From: an uncultured Candidatus Saccharibacteria bacterium
GTDB lineage: Bacteria; Patescibacteriota; Saccharimonadia; Saccharimonadales; UBA10212
DNA: 43,736 nucleotides
Assembly (NCBI GenBank): GCA_964448925.1
Contig: CAYUXQ010000001.1
Location: 38,405-82,140, forward strand
Direction: 5' to 3'
Shown: positions 42,813-43,736 of the stretch, one piece after another
How positions within the stretch are numbered: the stretch's first letter is position 1
Layout of the letters: each line of letters begins with the position of its first letter
Notes under the pieces: generated by a model
The model's database searches: none
What the model was told of the DNA's origin: nothing
Seen by the model: only the letters and a program-made list of their open reading frames with translations
Made by a program: the position numbers and the translations under genes

Positions 42813-43736
42813 TTAGGTCGGCTTCAAACTGTTTAATGCCGGACAAATTCTGCGAGTATCCACTAGTGTCCGGGAAATCCAAGTTCATTATGTGGCTCCA
42901 AACGGCCCCAATCAGTCTTTTGAGATTGGGTAAGTTTTTGGAGTCTAATTCCAGGTCTAGCTGGGCGGTTGTTCCAGGTTTGGCTTCGACAAAATCCAAA
43001 GTACCTTTTTCAACCCGCCAGCCGACATAGCTGTGAGAACCTTCCACCAACAGCTTATAAACCATTAGTTGTTGAGCGTATTTGTGCAGTTTTACTACCC
43101 CACTTTGCCAACGGTCGTAGGCACGACCTGTTTTATAGTCAACTACAGTGGCGGTTTTAGATTTTTTATCGAATATCAGCCTGTCAATCTTGCCGCTTAA
43201 ATGAGCCTTACCAACAAAAACACCTTCTGTTCTGAAGTTCACCTCATTTCTGTCGAGCGAGTTATAGCCGCCAACCGGTCTTTCAAGGAAATTAGCGAAC
43301 AATTTAAAACCACGCTCTAGAAGCAATTCGAATTCGGCTGCCGGCAGGCGCTGGCTGCGCAGTTGGGCCGCGAAAATTTTCATTGTTTCTTCTTCTGTTG
43401 GAGCTTTCTTTCTCAAGCGCGCCGCGTCATGCAACCATTTTAGGGTGTTGTGGGTGGCTGTACCGAACTGCGCACTTGTATTTGGTCCTTTGGGAAACCG
43501 CAGTATGGAATTTAGAAAAAACTGCTGGGGCCCGCCACTTGTGACATCGGTAAACTGGTTTAAGTGCGTCGGACTGAGTTGGTAGCGTGACAAAACTGGT
43601 TCCAACAAAGCCGAAAGCTTGGGTTGGTGCGGTGGTAGATGGCGTAAATGCCAGTAGCTTTGGGCGTCTTTGCTACTTAACTGCTGGGTTTTGGTCTTGG
43701 CAGCGATTGGTTCTAGGCCTGCATGAGCGACCAAAT
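42793..43736 (-). CDS. PD-(D/E)XK (RecB/AddB-type) nuclease domain, C-terminal part of a larger protein (5' end outside window)
   Basis: The frame is open to the window edge. GKIDRLIFD...TVVDYKTG...YAQQLMVYKLL matches the D..(D/E)xK..QxxxY nuclease motifs. Confidence 0.6.
   Translation of the reverse strand, partial: LVAHAGLEPIAAKTKTQQLSSKDAQSYWHLRHLPPHQPKLSALLEPVLSRYQLSPTHLNQFTDVTSGGPQQFFLNSILRFPKGPNTSAQFGTATHNTLKWLHDAARLRKKAPTEEETMKIFAAQLRSQRLPAAEFELLLERGFKLFANFLERPVGGYNSLDRNEVNFRTEGVFVGKAHLSGKIDRLIFDKKSKTATVVDYKTGRAYDRWQSGVVKLHKYAQQLMVYKLLVEGSHSYVGWRVEKGTLDFVEAKPGTTAQLDLELDSKNLPNLKRLIGAVWSHIMNLDFPDTSGYSQNLSGIKQFEADLIKSARE

Noticed and set aside
1-43736. CRISPR arrays, IS elements or transposases, and prophage or defence-system genes.
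   Set aside because: I saw no regularly spaced direct repeats, no transposase-, integrase- or phage-like ORFs, and no recognisable restriction, toxin-antitoxin or other defence domains. The A/C-rich repeated leaders are low-complexity sequence and not a repeat array.

Overview
This is a gene-dense 43.7-kb segment with about 44 CDS and 2 tRNAs. Gene content suggests a reduced-genome Patescibacteria/CPR bacterium, probably Saccharibacteria-like; this is inference, not a database result. In order, the window holds: a 5'-truncated GH1 beta-glucosidase; a compact dcw cluster (mraZ-rsmH-ftsL-ftsI-mraY-ftsW-murG-ftsQ) preceded by a phased TGGGTA array that looks like an MraZ operator; a 700-bp non-coding gap; and a minus-strand block with an orphan TraD/VirD4-like ATPase, a sigma-region-4/HTH protein, topA and dprA. 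Next come an ORF-less, highly structured plus-strand unit with a consensus promoter and an intrinsic terminator, then pth, der, a PAS histidine kinase with a receiver-only response regulator, and tRNA-Glu(CUC). These are followed by envelope proteins (DUF3048-like, DUF4367-like, PEGA, sortase) interleaved with gltX. Then come tRNA-Leu(CAA) and a four-gene cassette (methyltransferase, two lycopene-cyclase-domain membrane proteins, methyltransferase). The rest comprises a YjeF_C-like/HAD/xth/smpB chain, a glycan island (membrane GH, three GT2, GtrA), a secreted thermonuclease, a CobO-type adenosyltransferase, a glutaredoxin-like protein, an aquaporin and a partial PD-(D/E)XK nuclease. The best candidate for something undescribed is the tRNA-Leu-adjacent methyltransferase/cyclase cassette. 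It has no carotenoid pathway context, and the N-terminus of its last gene is reachable only across an A AAA AAG slippery run or an in-frame TAG. Other candidates are the unclassified structured RNA unit at 18.2-18.7 kb, the orphan TraD-like ATPase, and a CRP-type class-II-like promoter. No CRISPR array, transposase or integrase was seen.
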